Source: Squalus acanthias (lineage: Eukaryota). Taken from it: DNA of 64,000 bases. The notes beneath the pieces were generated by a model that worked only from the letters and a program-made list of their open reading frames with translations, was not told the origin of the DNA and did not search any database. Each line of letters starts with the position of its first letter. The first letter of the stretch is position 1. The DNA lies in the NCBI GenBank assembly GCA_030390025.1, contig CM059434.1, positions 62,806,001 through 62,870,000 of the forward strand, given 5' to 3'. Below, in pieces: positions 1 to 13,100 of this stretch. Position numbers and translations under genes: made by a program.

Positions 1-634
1 ACGTTTCCAATTTATTGCTGCTGATATCTGCCAATACGTTTCTGTGTGCAAAACCAGCGTTGGAAGGTGAAGTATAACACCGATACGTTTGCATTGAACT
101 TAAGCTTTTTAAAGAATTAGCAATTGCTGTCAGAATTAGATAAGTCAGATGGCATTCGTGAATGTGGGCCAGTATGCATAGTTTTTGTTCTTTTAATTCT
201 CAAATTGCTTATTTACCATGGTACAAGTGAGGCATATTCTAGATTTAGTGCATGTCTGTAAGCTTCTATTTTCAGAGCCTGGGGACAGTCCAGCAGAACG
301 TCATCAAAATGTCCCAGTCTTTCACAAAAACTGTAATTGAAGGAAGTATGAAAACCATGTAGTAGTATGCATGCATTGAACCTCTCATTTCTGGTGTTAC
401 TCTGTATTTCCTGAAGGTGTAATGTCTCCGTTAAATTAAAACACGTACCTGTGTACACCATCACATTTTAAGTGCGCTGGTTGGTTATATTTCTGGCCAT
501 GTAGTAATCCAGATTGCAAGTGTTATGTAGTAATACGGTACTATAACTGCTGATAATTCTTCATGAGTGTCATTTCAAAGAACTAAATGTTGAACTTAAA
601 AGTTTTAATAATGTAAAGTTGATTCCTCTGTGCA

Positions 635-1172
635 GTTGAGTACTGTATGCAGTTTTGGTCTCCTTACCTAAGAAAGGATATACTTGCCATAGAGGGAGTG
701 CAGCGAAGGTTCACCAGACTGACACCTGGGATGGCAGGACTGTCGTTTGAGGAGAGATTGGGTCGACTAGGCCTGGATTCACTAGAGTTTATAAGAATGA
801 GAAGGGATCTCATTGAAATGTATACAATTCTGACAGGGCTAGTCAGACTGGATGCAGGGAGGATGTTTCCCCTGGCTGGGGGGTCTAGAATGAGGGGTCA
901 CAGTCTCAGGATACGGAGTAGAACATTTAGGACTGAGATGAGGAGAAATTTCTTCACTCAGAGGGTGGTGAACCTGTGGAATTCTCTACCACAGAAGGCT
1001 GTGGAGGCCAAGTCACTGAATATATTTAAGAAGGAGATAGATAGATTTCTAGACACAAAAGGCATCAAGGGGTATGGGGAGAGAGCAAGAATATGGTATT
1101 GAGATAGAGGATCAGCCATGATCATATTGAATGGCGGAGCAGGCTCGAATGGCCTACTCCTGCTCTTTTTTT
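635..1172 (+). mobile_element. CR1/HER1-type LINE, 3' fragment
   Basis: ORF 647-1102 is the CR1 ORF2 C-terminus ([11 protein letters not shown]...FFTQRVVNLWNSLP), followed by the typical tail gatcagccatgatc...ggcctactcctgctc. Confidence 0.93.
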
Positions 1173-1299
1173 TCTCTATTGATCTGGCATTTTATGGTGG
1201 AAGTCTACTTTACAAACATCAGTCTTCTCTTACTGCTACAGAATTGGATTTCAGGACCTTCAATTGTCCTAGATACACAGTGTTGCTGTACTGGAAAGA

Positions 1300-1720
1300 A
1301 AAATGAACTTGCTCTTGTATAATGTCGTTCACGGTATACAGTACATCCCAAAGCCGTTGAAGTACTTTTGAAGATAAGTCGTTGTTGTAATGTAGGCAAA
1401 TGAGGCAATTTGTGCACAGCTAGGTCCCACAAACAACATTGAGATGAATGATTAGATAATCTGTTTTGTTGGAATTGGTTTTAAAGATAAACACTGGCCG
1501 GAAGAACTACCCTGCTCTTCAAATAGTGCCAGAGAACCTTTTACACATCAGGCCTCGGTTTAACGTTATCCGAAAGACAACACTTCAGACATTGCAGCAC
1601 TCCCTTGGTACTGCACTGAAGTGTCAGCCCAAATTATGTGCTCAAATTTCTAGAGTGGGGCTTGGACCTACAACCTTCTGACTCAGAAATGAGAGCAACG
1701 CCAGTAAGCCAAGGCTGGTG
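1300..1720 (-). mobile_element. Degraded DeuSINE (SacSINE1-like)
   Basis: Reverse complement of the intact SINE at 59123-59588; tRNA-like head near 1660-1720. Confidence 0.8.
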
Positions 1721-2209
1721 TTGATAGAAATCTGCTAATTGATTGATGGGTATTAAAAACCAGTAAAGCATATGATCAAGTCCACTGAGAAATTTGCTTT
1801 AGCCTGAGACACTGTAACCCGGTCTGGAATCATTGGCTTCTCTTTTTGCACAAATAGTTCTTCATTCACTTGTAACTCACCACATATTATGGATAAGGTC
1901 AGCAATGCAGAAAATCTTTAGAGCTAGCTGTTTTAAACTTCGCCCATCCATGTACTATATCCTTATATATTCATTCCTGGGATGTGGGTGTCACTGGCAA
2001 GGCCAGCATTTATTGCCCGTCCCTAATTGCCCTCGAGAAGGTGGTGGTGAGCTGCCGCCTTAAACCGCTGCAGTCCGTGTGGTGAAGGTACTCTCACAGT
2101 GCTGTTAGGGAGGGAGTTCCAGGATTTTGACCCAGCAACGATGAGGGTACGGCAATATATTTCCAAGTCAAGGTGGTGGTGTTCCCATATGGCTGCTGCC
2201 CTTGTCCTT

Positions 2210-3053
2210 CACGGGGTGGGCAATTATTTGGGCTGGAGGGCCACTTAACAAGTTTTAGTGAGCTGTTGAGTGCTGCACATGTACACATAAAATGAATTGT
2301 GTTAACAACAGGTACCATTAAAATTAAAAACAGTGAATGCAATGTCCAATATACCCGGGTCCATTTAATTATGCCTCCACTATGCTAATTAAGTGGGATA
2401 ATATTAAAATGAGTGAATAATTGTGCAAGAATTAATAACCCCACAAACAGTCATTGGTGAGAGCAAAGTGTTAAATTGGTAAATTTGAAATAGGCGAACT
2501 CGTCATCTTGATCATCACTCCCACTTCTACCCTCCCAATAATTTATAAAGTTAAATTCAGAGAGTCAGATACTATCTTAAATACACAAACCGTCATGTAA
2601 AATCTTCTGTTACTAAAACAAATAAATGATTGATCAATCGATTATATGTTGTACTGAAAGTCTACGTGGCTGCTTGACAGAGCGGCTAGTGTCTGTGGGG
2701 CCTCCGACGTGGGAGGTGCTCTCTTTTAGTGTGCGAATTACGGGAGCCTGAGGCTTCGCAAGGCCTGAACTACAATCGCGTGCCATTACCTGGAATCCTT
2801 GTGCTCCGGGATCCACTCTCGTGTTTAAGATTGCGATGAGACCCCCCCTGCCATCGTACTCTAGGTACCAGGAGAGGAAAGAAGCAGCGCCGGCCTATTT
2901 CTTCGGTGAAAGAGTCATCGAGATGAGAAGCCATGACTACTCAGACCAATGTGCAGCTCAAGCTCCAGTTATAGTTCTGTCCCGTCCAGCGGGCAGGATA
3001 GAATGAACTGGCGGGCTGGATACGGCCCATGGGCCGTATTTTGCCCACCACTG
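2210..3053. mobile_element. Non-autonomous hAT (Charlie-like) element
   Basis: Ends cacggggtgggcaa ... ttgcccaccactg. Inserted at a ttctag site that splits the host LINE sequence cttgtccttc|taggtgg. The left TSD is incomplete. Confidence 0.75.
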
Positions 3054-3341
3054 TTCTAGGTGGTGGCAGAGTTTGGGAGGTGCTGTCGAACAAGCCTTGG
3101 TGAGTTGCTGCAGTGCATCTTGTAGATGGTACACACTGCAGCCACAGTGTGCCCTTGGTCAAGGAATGAATGTTTAAGGTGGTGGATGGAGTGCCAATCA
3201 AGCTGGCTGCTTTGTCCAAGATGATGTTGAGCTTCTTGTGTTGTTGGAGCTGCACTCATCCAAGCAAGTGGGGAGTATTCCATCACACTCCTGACTTGTG
3301 CCTTGTAGATGGTGGAAAGGCTTTGGGGAGTGAGGAGCGAG

Positions 3342-3504
3342 CAACGTTCCCGCTAAGCTACACAACTGTGCAGCAGTCTGGAGGTCCCGCACAGGCCACT
3401 CACTTTGCTTTTACATGAAGAAACCGCGTATGCAAGAAAATTTGAATGGGCCGTGCAGCCAGTTAAAGTGATCGCCCACGAAAAAAAAATTAGAGGCAAT
3501 ATTG
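3342..3504. mobile_element. ~160 bp hAT MITE
   Basis: Imperfect TIRs caacgttcccgctaa / ttagaggcaatattg, near-TSD gtgaggag / gtcaggag, and a second inverted copy at 33602-33752. Confidence 0.78.
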
Positions 3505-3881
3505 GTCAGGAGGTGAGACACTCGCCGCAGAATACCGAGCCTCTGACCTGCTCTTGTAGCCACAGTATTTATGCAGCTGGTCCAGTTAAGTTTCTGGTCA
3601 CGGACTGCTTCATTATCTGAGGCGTTGCGAATGTAACTGAACACTGTGCAAACATCAGTGAACATCCCCATTTCTGACCTTATGATGGAGGGAAGGTCAT
3701 TAATGAAGCAGCTGAAGATGGTTAGGCCTAGGACACTGCCCTGAGGAACTCCTGCAGCGATGTCCTGGGGCTGAGATGATTGACCTCTAACAATCTCAAC
3801 TATCTTCCTTTGTGCTAGGTATGACTCCAGCCAGTGAGAGTTTTCCCCCTGATTCCCATTGACTTCAATTTTAATTAAACT

Positions 3882-3889
3882 TATATATA

Positions 3890-3920
<31 letters not shown>

Positions 3921-3926
3921 AGATAG
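3882..3926. repeat. (TA)n(TAGATA)n microsatellite
   Basis: Seen directly. Confidence 0.95.
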
Positions 3927-5481
3927 TTGGAATGAACTATCTGTTGAACAAGAATTTATGGTGGGCCAACTAAAATACTCATTTTAAATTGGTAATGATT
4001 TTTATTTTTGGCTTTTTTGTACATTTGTGTTCCCCTATGACCCTGGGCTGTGCAGACCCTGATTTAAAAAAAAATGTTTCGTGCTGATCCTTCAAATGAG
4101 AAATTGCCATTCAAGCATTTTTTCGAACTCCTGTGATTAAGGCACACCGATTATCATTTCGCAGTTTTCCTGTTCGGAGTGCTGTGAAAATTAAAGCGAC
4201 AGTATTCATTTTCTCTCTGTGAATTTAGTCCATAATGCAAATCGATTCTACACAATATAACCTGTTGCAAATGTATCCAGCAATTTCTTCAGAATTGGTT
4301 TTGGGATTCCATGGAGTTGTTTGTAAAGTGCAAGTGTTTTCACTCAGCGGACTGGAGATGGGGAATTCCTTGTACAGTAAATGGAATGTGTGAGGTGGGC
4401 AATGTCAGCCAGTTTTTTTTCTTTTGCTCCTGAGCCTCCTGTAATGTTCCTAGGAATAACCCAGCAGTTATTTCTGGTTGCTTTTCTTAATGTTATTACT
4501 TCGCATACTGAGTAGCAATGATGGTGAACATCCACATGTGATAACAGTTTGTATCCATTCCAGTAAACTGTTCTACTCTCACATCATTAAGCAGTATATG
4601 TCAACCCTAGTGGCACCAAACAAAGACAAAATTAATGACAAAGGAGTTCTCTGATGATTCACAAATTGAGTGCGCCAGAAGTGTGGTTCTAAATGATGTG
4701 GACCACTTTGATCCTTGGTCTGTATTGAGCTGGGGGACTTGCAGTTGGCCTGCATGGGAGGAATGGGGGAAGTCAAGGTTCTTACTCTTGGTAAGAACAT
4801 AAGAATTTAGGAGCAGGAGTAGACCATACGGCCCCTCGGTTAACGGAAGAAAACAGAGAATAGATGACCTAGATGAAGGGACTGAGTGCAATGTATCCAG
4901 GTTTGCTGACGGTACAAAGCTAGGTGGGAAAGTAAGCTGTGAGGAGGACACAAACCGCATGCAAAGGGATATATTCAATAAGATCACTGCTGATTTTCAA
5001 CCTCAACTCTACTTTCCTGCCCGATCCCAATATCCCTTGATTCCCCATGAGTCCAAAAATCTATCTAGCTCAGCCTTGAATATACTCAACGACTCAGCAG
5101 TCACAGCACTTTTGGGTAGAGAATTTCAAAGATTCACAACCCTCTGAGTGAAGAAATTCCTCCTCATCTCAGTCTTAAATGGCCGACCCCTTATCCTGAG
5201 ACTATGCCCCCTAGCTCTAGAATCTCCAGCCAGGGAAAACAACCTCTCCGCATCTACCCTATCAGTCCCCCTCAGAATCTTGTATGTTTCCATGAGATCA
5301 CCTCTCATTCTTCTAAACGCCAGAGAGTATAGGCCCAATCTCTCCTCAGAGGACAACCCTCTCATCCCAGGGATCAATCTAGTGAACATTCATTGCACCT
5401 CCTCTAAGGCATGTATGTCCTTTCTCAGATAAGGAGACCAAAACTGTGCACAGTACTCCAGGTGTAGTCTCACCAAAGCCC

Positions 5482-8240
5482 TTGCTCTGGCTAACTAAGG
5501 AAGTAAAGGATGGTATCAAATTGAAAACGAAGGCATACAATGTTGCCAAGATTGGTGGGAGACCAGAGGATTGGGAAATTTTTAAAAACCAGCAAAGGAT
5601 GACTAAAAAAATAATAGAGAGAGAAGATGAATTATGAGAGTAAGCTGGCAAGAAACACTGGCCCTGAAATTCACCTCTCCGGCTTGCCGCGGGGTAAGGA
5701 TCGCGCACGCACTTGCCTACCGCGCCTGCCATTGTTTGTTGGGCCCACGGGAACTTCAGCTCCTGGTCCTGCTCCAAGTGCCGGCGCGCAGTGCTTGCGT
5801 GTCCCAGGGGCGCAGTTAGTGCGATGCGTCCCCTGGGATCACGTGGGCCATGGAGAGCCAATGGCAGCAGACCATCTTTCATTCATAGATTTGAGACCTG
5901 TCAAATCTGTGAATTGAAATCGGCCCCAAAAGAACAGCTAAACTTCAAATAAATTTTTTTAAAAAGCACGTTTATAAAATAACTATGTTAAATAAATTAA
6001 CTACTTTAAACAAAAATTTAAATTTTTGAAAAAATTAAAAAACTTTTTAACAGTGCTAAAAATAAACTTACCTTTCTTTAAAGTATCTAAAAAAAAAAGC
6101 TAAACCTGTTGGAAAAAAAATGTAAAATTATAATTAATTAACCATTTACCTTGTTGAAAACGGGTCCTGCGTCTCCTTTTTAAATGTGCAGGTTCTTCAA
6201 TACTTACCCTCCCGTAGAAACCTGAAAAAAACCCTAAGTTTGCTGCGTGCGCGCAGCCTCTACCGCGCACGCGGTTCACCTATGAACCGCCCCCTTCACC
6301 AGACCGGAAGTTCCGGTTTCCCGCGCATGCAGGAAACCAGCACTTCAGCACGCCTTACGGGTGAGTACACAGTCCGTACTCACCCGGGAAGGGCCGAATT
6401 TTTGGCCCACTAAAACAGATAGTAAGAGCTTCTACAGGTATATAAAAAGGAAGAGGGTAGCTAAAGTAAACATTGGTCCCTTAGAGGATGAGACTGGGGA
6501 ATTAATAATGGGGAAATGGCAGAGACACTGAACAAATATTTTGCATCTGTCTTCACTGTAGAAGACACTAACAACATCCCAATAATGGATAATCAAGGGG
6601 CCACAGGGAGTGGAGAACTAAAGACAATCACGATCACTAAGGAAATAGTACTCGGTAAAATAATGGGACTAAAAGACGACAAGTCCCCTGGACCAGATGG
6701 CCTGCATCCCAGGGTCTTAAAAGAAGTGACTGTAGAGATAGTGGATGCAATATACCAAAATTCCCTGGACTCTGGAGAGGTCCCAGCGGATTGGAAAACC
6801 GCTAATGTAACACCCCTATTTAAGAAAGGAGGGAGACAGAAAGCAGGAAACTATAGACCAGTTAGCCTAATATCTGTCATTGGGAAAATGCTGGAGTCCT
6901 TCATTAAGGAAGCAGTAGCAGGGTATTTAGAAAAACATACTGCAGTCAAACAGAGTCAGCATGGTTTTAGGAAAGGGAAATCATGTTTAACAAATTTACT
7001 GGAGTTCTTTGAGGATGTAACAAGCAGGGTGGACAAGGGTGAGCCAGTGGATGTGGTGTATTTGGATTTCCAGAAGGCATTCGATAAGGTGCCACATAAA
7101 AGGTTACTGCATAAGATAAGAGCTCACGGCGTTGGGGGTAATATACCAGCATGGATAGAGAATTGGCTAACTAACAGAAAGCAGAGAGCCGGGATAAATG
7201 GGTCATTTTCTGGTTGGCAAACGGTAACTAGTGGGGTGCCACAAGGATCTGTGCTGGGGCCCCAACTATTTACAATCTACATTAATGACTTGGATGAAGG
7301 GACCGAGTGTAATGTAGCCAAGTTTGCGGATGATACAAAGATGGGTGGGAAAGCAAGTTGTGCAGAGGACTCAAAGAATCTGCAAAGGGATATAGACAGG
7401 CTAGGTGAGTGGGCAAACATTTGGCAGATGGAGTATAATGTGGGAAAGTGTGAGGTTATCCACTTTGGCAGGAAAAATAAAAAAGCAAACTATTATTTAA
7501 ATAGAGAGAGATTACAAAATGCTACAGTTCAGAGGGACCTGGGGGTCCTTGTGCATGAAACACAAGTTAGCATGCAGGTACAGCAAGTAATCAAAAAGGC
7601 AAATGTAATGTTGGCCTTTATTTCAAGGGGGTTGGAGTATAAAAGCAGGGAAGTCCTGCTACAACTGTACAAGGTATTGGTGAGACCACACCTTAAGTAC
7701 TGCGTACAGTTTTGGTCTCCTTATTTAAGGAAGGATATACTTGCATTGGAGGCAGTTCAGAGATGATTCACTAGGTTAATTCCAGAGATGAGGGGCTTGA
7801 CTTATGAGGAAAGGTTGAGCAGGCTGGGCCTATACTCATTGGAATTTAGAAGAATGAGAGGTGATCTTATCGAAACATATAAGATACTGAGGGGGCTCGA
7901 CAGGGTAGATGCAGAGAGGATGTTTCCCCTCATGGGGAAATCTAGAACTCGGGGGCACAGTCTCAGAATAAAGGGTCGCCCTTTTAGAACTGAGATGAGG
8001 AGGAACTTCTTCTCTCAGAGGGTCGTAAATTTGTGTAATTCTCTGCCCCAGAGAGCTGTGGAGGCTGGGTCATTAAATACATTTAAAGTGGAGATAGACA
8101 AATTTTTGCAAGATACGGGAGTGAAGGGTTAAGGGGAGCGGGCTGGGAAGTGGCTTTGAGCCCTTGATCAGCCATGATCTTATTGAATGGCGGAGCAGGC
8201 TCAAGGGGCCTATTCCTGCTCCTATTTCTTTTGTTCTTAT
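5482..8240 (+). mobile_element. CR1 LINE, 5'-truncated, with a nearly intact RT
   Basis: ORF 6516-7766 has [10 protein letters not shown] and FADD. ORF 7788-8132 is the C-terminus. The CR1 tail ends at ...ttcttatg. Confidence 0.95.
5660..6408. mobile_element. PIF/Harbinger-like (PHIS) MITE, 749 bp
   Basis: TIRs ggccctgaaattc / gaatttttggccc and 3-bp TSD ACT on both sides. Cleanly interrupts CR1 ORF2 (gcaagaaac|act...act|aaaacagatagtaag). Confidence 0.85.
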
Positions 8241-8891
8241 GTACTCCAACCCCCTTTCAATAAAGGCCAACATGCTATTTGTCTTCCTAATTGCTTGCTG
8301 TAGCTGCATGCTAACTTTCTGTGATTCCTGTACGAGGGCACCAAAATCTCTCTGACCACCAACATTTAATAATTTTCTCACCATTTAAAAAAGAGTCTGT
8401 TTTTCTATTCTTCCTACCAAAGTGATTAACCTCATAAAGCCTTGTTGACTCTGCCTAATCATGTTAGGATTTTCCAAGTGCCCTGTTACCACATCCCTAA
8501 TAATGGATTCCAGCATTTTCCCGACGACTGGCTAACTGGCCTGTAGTTCCCTGTTTTATCTTTCCTTCCTTTATTGAATAGCGTGGTTACATTTGCTACC
8601 TTCCAATCTGCTGGGACTGTTCTGGAATCTAGGGAATTTTGGAAGATCACAACCAGTGCATCCACTATCTCTGCAACCACCTTTTTTAGAACCCTAGGAT
8701 ATAGGCCATCATGTCCAGGAGATTTGTTGACTTTTAGTCCCATTAGTTTCTCAAGTACTTTTTCCTCTACTGATATTACTTTAAGTTCCTCACTCTTATT
8801 AGCCCCTTGGTTCCTCACTATTTTTGGTATGCTTTTTGTGTCTTCTACTGTGAAGACTATATTTGTGATACAAAATATTTGTTTAAAGTCT

Positions 8892-10178
8892 CGAGGCCAG
8901 TCAGCATGGATTTGTTAAGGGAAGGTCGTGTCTGACTAACTTGATTGAATTTTTTGAAGAGATAACAAGGAGGGTTGATGAGGGTAGTGCGTTTGATGTA
9001 GTCTACATGATTTTAGCTAAGGCTCTTGACAAGGTCCCACATGGCAGATTGGTTAGAAAAGTAAAAGCCCATGGGATCCAAGGGAAAGTGGCAAGTTGGA
9101 TCCAAAATTGGCCTTGTGGCAGGAAGCAAAGGGTAATGGTCGACGGATGTTTTTGTGACTGGAAAGCTGTTTTCAGTGGGGTTACGCAGGGCTCAGTACC
9201 AGGTCCCTTGCTTTTTGTGGTATACATCAATGATTTGGACTTCAATGTAGGGGGCATGATTAAGAAGTTTGCAGATGATACAAAAATTGGCCATGTGGTT
9301 GATCGTGAGGAAGAAAACTGTAGACTGCAGGAAGATATCAATGGACTGGTCAGGTGGGCAGAAAACTGGCAAATGGAATTCAATCCAGAGAAGTGTGAGG
9401 TAATGCATTTGGGGAGAGTTAACAAGGCAAGGGAATACACAATAAATAGTATGATAATCAGAAGTGTAGAGGAACAATGGGACATTGGAGTGCATGTCCA
9501 CAGATCCCTGAAGGTAGCAGGACAGGTTGATAAGATGGGTAGGAAGGCATATGGGATACTTTCCTTTATTAGCTGAGGCATAGAATATAAGAGCAGGGAG
9601 GTTATGCTTGAACTGTACAAAACACTAGCTAGGCCACAGCTAGAGTACTGTGTACAGTTCTGGTCACCACATTACAGGAAGGACGTGATTGCACTAGAGA
9701 GGGTACAGAGGAGATTTACGAGGATGTTGCCAGGACTGGAGAATTTTAACTTTGACAAAAGATTGGATCGGCTGGGGTTGTTTCCTTTGGAACAGAGGAG
9801 GCTGAGGGGAGTCTTGATTGAGGTGCATAAAATTATGAGGGGCCTAGATCGAGTGGATAGGAAGGACCTATTTCCCCTAGCAGTGGGGTCAATAACCAGG
9901 GGGGCATAGATTTAAAGTAACTGGTAAAAGGATTAGAGGGGAGTTGAGAACTTTTTGATCCAGAGAGTGGTGGGGGTCTGGAACTCACTGCCTGAAAGAG
10001 TGGTAGAGGCAGAAACGCTCATCACATTTAAAAAGTACTTGGATATGCACTTGAAGTGCCGTAACCTACAAGGCTACGGACCAAGAGCTAGAAAGTGGGA
10101 TTAGGCTAGATAGCTCTTTTTCGGCCGGCACAGACACATTGGGTCAAATGGCCGCCTTCTGTGCTGTAAATTTCTATT
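8892..10178 (+). mobile_element. CR1 LINE (different subfamily), RT and tail
   Basis: ORFs 8941-9576 (FADD) and 9604-9909; tail ...ttctgtgctgtaaatttcta. Confidence 0.92.
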
Positions 10179-13100
10179 CTGCAATTTCCTTATTCCCCAT
10201 TATAATTTCTCCTGTCTCAGCCTCTAAGGGACCCATGCTTATTTTTGCTACTCTCTTTCTTTTACATACTTGCAGAAGCTCTTACAAACTGTTTTTATAT
10301 TTCTTGCTAGTTTACTCTCATGCTCTATTTTCCTCCCTCTTTTAAATTTTTGGTCATCCTTTGCTGGTTTCTAAAACTCTCCCAATCCTCAGCTTTACTA
10401 CTCTTGACAACATTATAAGCCTCTTCTTTAATCCAATACTATCTTTAACTTCTTTTGTTAGCCACAGATGGATCACTTTTCCCGTGGAGTTTTAATTTCT
10501 TAATGGAATGCATATTCGTTTAGAATTTTGTAATATTTCTTTAAATGTTTGCCACTACTTATCTTCTGTCATACCATTTTAATCTAATTTCCCAATCTAA
10601 CTTCGCCAACTCACCCCTCATACCTATACAATTGACTTCATTTAAGTTTGTCTCTCATTTCCAACTTAAAATTTCAGATTGAGTTTGAGAGTGAAATACT
10701 TAACATATATTATGATCACTCTTCCCCAGAGGATCCTTTACTCTGAGATTACTAATTAACTGTCTCATTACACAATACAAGATCTGAAATAGCCTGTTCC
10801 CTGGTTGGCTCCATGATGTCTTGTCCTAGGAAACTGTCTTGGATGCATTCCATGAACTCGTCCTCCAGACAACTTTTGTCAATTTGATTTGCCCAGTCTA
10901 TATGAAGATTAACGTCCCCCATAATTAATGTATTACCTTTGTTACAATCTCCTATTATTTGTTGATTAATACTCTGTCCAATGGTATAGCTGCTGTTTGG
11001 GGGCCTATAAACTACTCCCACCAGTGTTTTCTGCCCCTTGTTATTTCTTATCTCCACCCATACTGATTCTACTTCCTGATCTTCCGAGCCAAGATCCTTT
11101 CTCACTACTGTCCTTATGTCATCCTTTATTATCGGGGCTACACCCCGTCCTTTTCCATTGTTCCTGTCTTTTCGAAACGTCAACTACCCTGGAATAGTTC
11201 TCAACCTTGGTCACCTTGCAAGCACGTCTCTGTAATGGGTATTAGATCAAAGCCATTTATCTGTATTTGCGCCAACAATTCGTCTATCTTGTTACGAATA
11301 CCTCGTGCATTCAGATAAAGAACCTTTAATTTTAACTTTTTACCATTATTCCCTGCTTTCACCTTGTTCGTTGATGCACTTTTACCGTTAAACTATCTGT
11401 CCCTTCCTGTCACACTCTGCTTATCTTTACCAAAATTGCTACACTGCTCCATTGCCTTGCCTTTTCTCTTTAGATTTCTAAATTTCCCCTCACCTGACCC
11501 CCTTCCCCCCCTGCCCCTTTTTAGTTCAAAGCCCTATCTACAGCCCTAGTTATTCGATTCACCAGGACACTGGCTTAAGATGAGACCGTCCCAATGGAAC
11601 AGCTCCCTCTTTCCCCAGTAATCGTGCCAGTGCCCCATGAATCGAAACCCCTTCCTTCCGCACCCCTATTTGAGCCACGCATTTAACTCTCTGATCTGCA
11701 TGTCCCTATGTCAATTTGCGCATGGTTCAGGTAACAATCCAGAGATTAATACCTTTGAGGTTATGCTTTTTAATTTGGACCCTAGCTAATCAAACTTTCT
11801 CAGGAGAACCTCATTCCTAGTCCTACGTGGACCACGACAACTGGCTCCTCCCCCTCCCACTCCAAATTCTTCTCTAGCTGCAAGGAGATATCCTTAACCC
11901 TGGCACTGGGCAGGCAACAGAGCCTTCATAACTCCTGGTTGTGGCTGCAGAGAACAGTATTTATCCCCCTGACTATACTGTCCCATACTACTAAAACATT
12001 TCTTTTCACTCCCCCCACTTGAATGGTCTCCTGTACCATGGTGCCATGGTCAGTATGCTCATTCACCCTGAAGACTTTGCCCTCACCCACAAAGACAGCA
12101 AGAACCTCATACCTGTTGGATAAGGGCAAAGGCCGAGGCTCCTCCAGCACGGCACCTGGGGTGCCCTTACCTGCCTGAGTTGCAGTCACACACTCCCGTC
12201 CCTGACCACTAACCAGACCTGTACCACTGCCTAACCTAAGTGGTATGACTGCCTCCTGGATCAAAGTGTCCAGATAACTCTTTCCCCCCCCCCACTCCCT
12301 TGTGCCCTGCAATGTCTGCACCTCGGATACAAGCTCAACAACTGAGCTGAAGTTCCTCGAGATGCAGACACTTACTGCAGACGTGGTCATCCAGGATCGC
12401 GATGCTCTCCACAATCTCCCACATGCTGCAGTTACAGCACACCACCTACACCGCTATCCCTTTATAAACTTGTTTTATTTATTTAGTTAATTAAAATTGA
12501 TGTATTTAATTTGCAGCTCATAGTTTAGATTTCAACTAATTACTAGATCTAGTTTAAGTTCGGAGTCAGGAAAGTTTACATTGGGATCGCTGCTGGGCGC
12601 ACATGCCCTGTGTGTTGGAAACTGGCACTTCTCTAAGGCAAATGTAAAAGCAGGTTGAAAAGGAATGGGTCAGTAAACTGAAGCGCTACGTTGTCTGATA
12701 CATTATCTTTTTAACCATGCTTTGTTCTAAATTCCGGGCTGTGTACAATTGTGCAGGACTATTTCAAAAAGCCTATCATCACCATGGTGATTGTATACAG
12801 ATTAGGACATTGCTTATTCTTCTCATGCTTTTGTTTATCTTCATATATAATTTGTGTTGCACTGTGGAATTGCTATTCTATCAATCTCTTTACTGAAAGT
12901 GGCTGAGAATATTAATTTCTATCTGTATTCTGTGTAATGTTCACTGTAGTGGTGCAGGAATCCAGTTAATTGAAGTGTTTGATATGACCAGCTGTAATTT
13001 ACATTTTAGTAGCACGGCACAAAGCAATAACAGCTACTCAGATACAGATAAACATGCATTTACTGCTCCCCGGGGGTCATTATCTAATAAAATCTCAGTA

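Larger units (their letters stand above)
1965..3872 (-). mobile_element. 3' part of the tRNA-headed CR1-group LINE family (same family as 54430-57661), interrupted by two hAT elements
   Basis: Colinear similarity to 54440-55520; ORFs MMEYSPLAWMSAAPTT and LNWTSCINTVATRAGQRLGILRRVSHLL. Confidence 0.88.
4793..12480 (-). mobile_element. Near full-length degraded CR1 LINE (ORF1 esterase, EN, RT, tail) split by two nested + strand CR1 copies
   Basis: Segments 4793-5481, 8240-8891 and 10179-12480 are colinear. ORF 11926-12414 has ORF1 motifs PLPLSNRYEVL and VVWDSIVRG (degenerate GDS esterase). ORF 10752-11183 is the APE endonuclease (VYRPPN, MGD). Confidence 0.85.

Noticed and set aside
6516-7766. 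Long RT ORF (also 39500-42421) as a host gene, retron or other novel RT system
   Set aside because: Canonical CR1 ORF2 with stops or frameshifts and a typical tail; many copies in the window.
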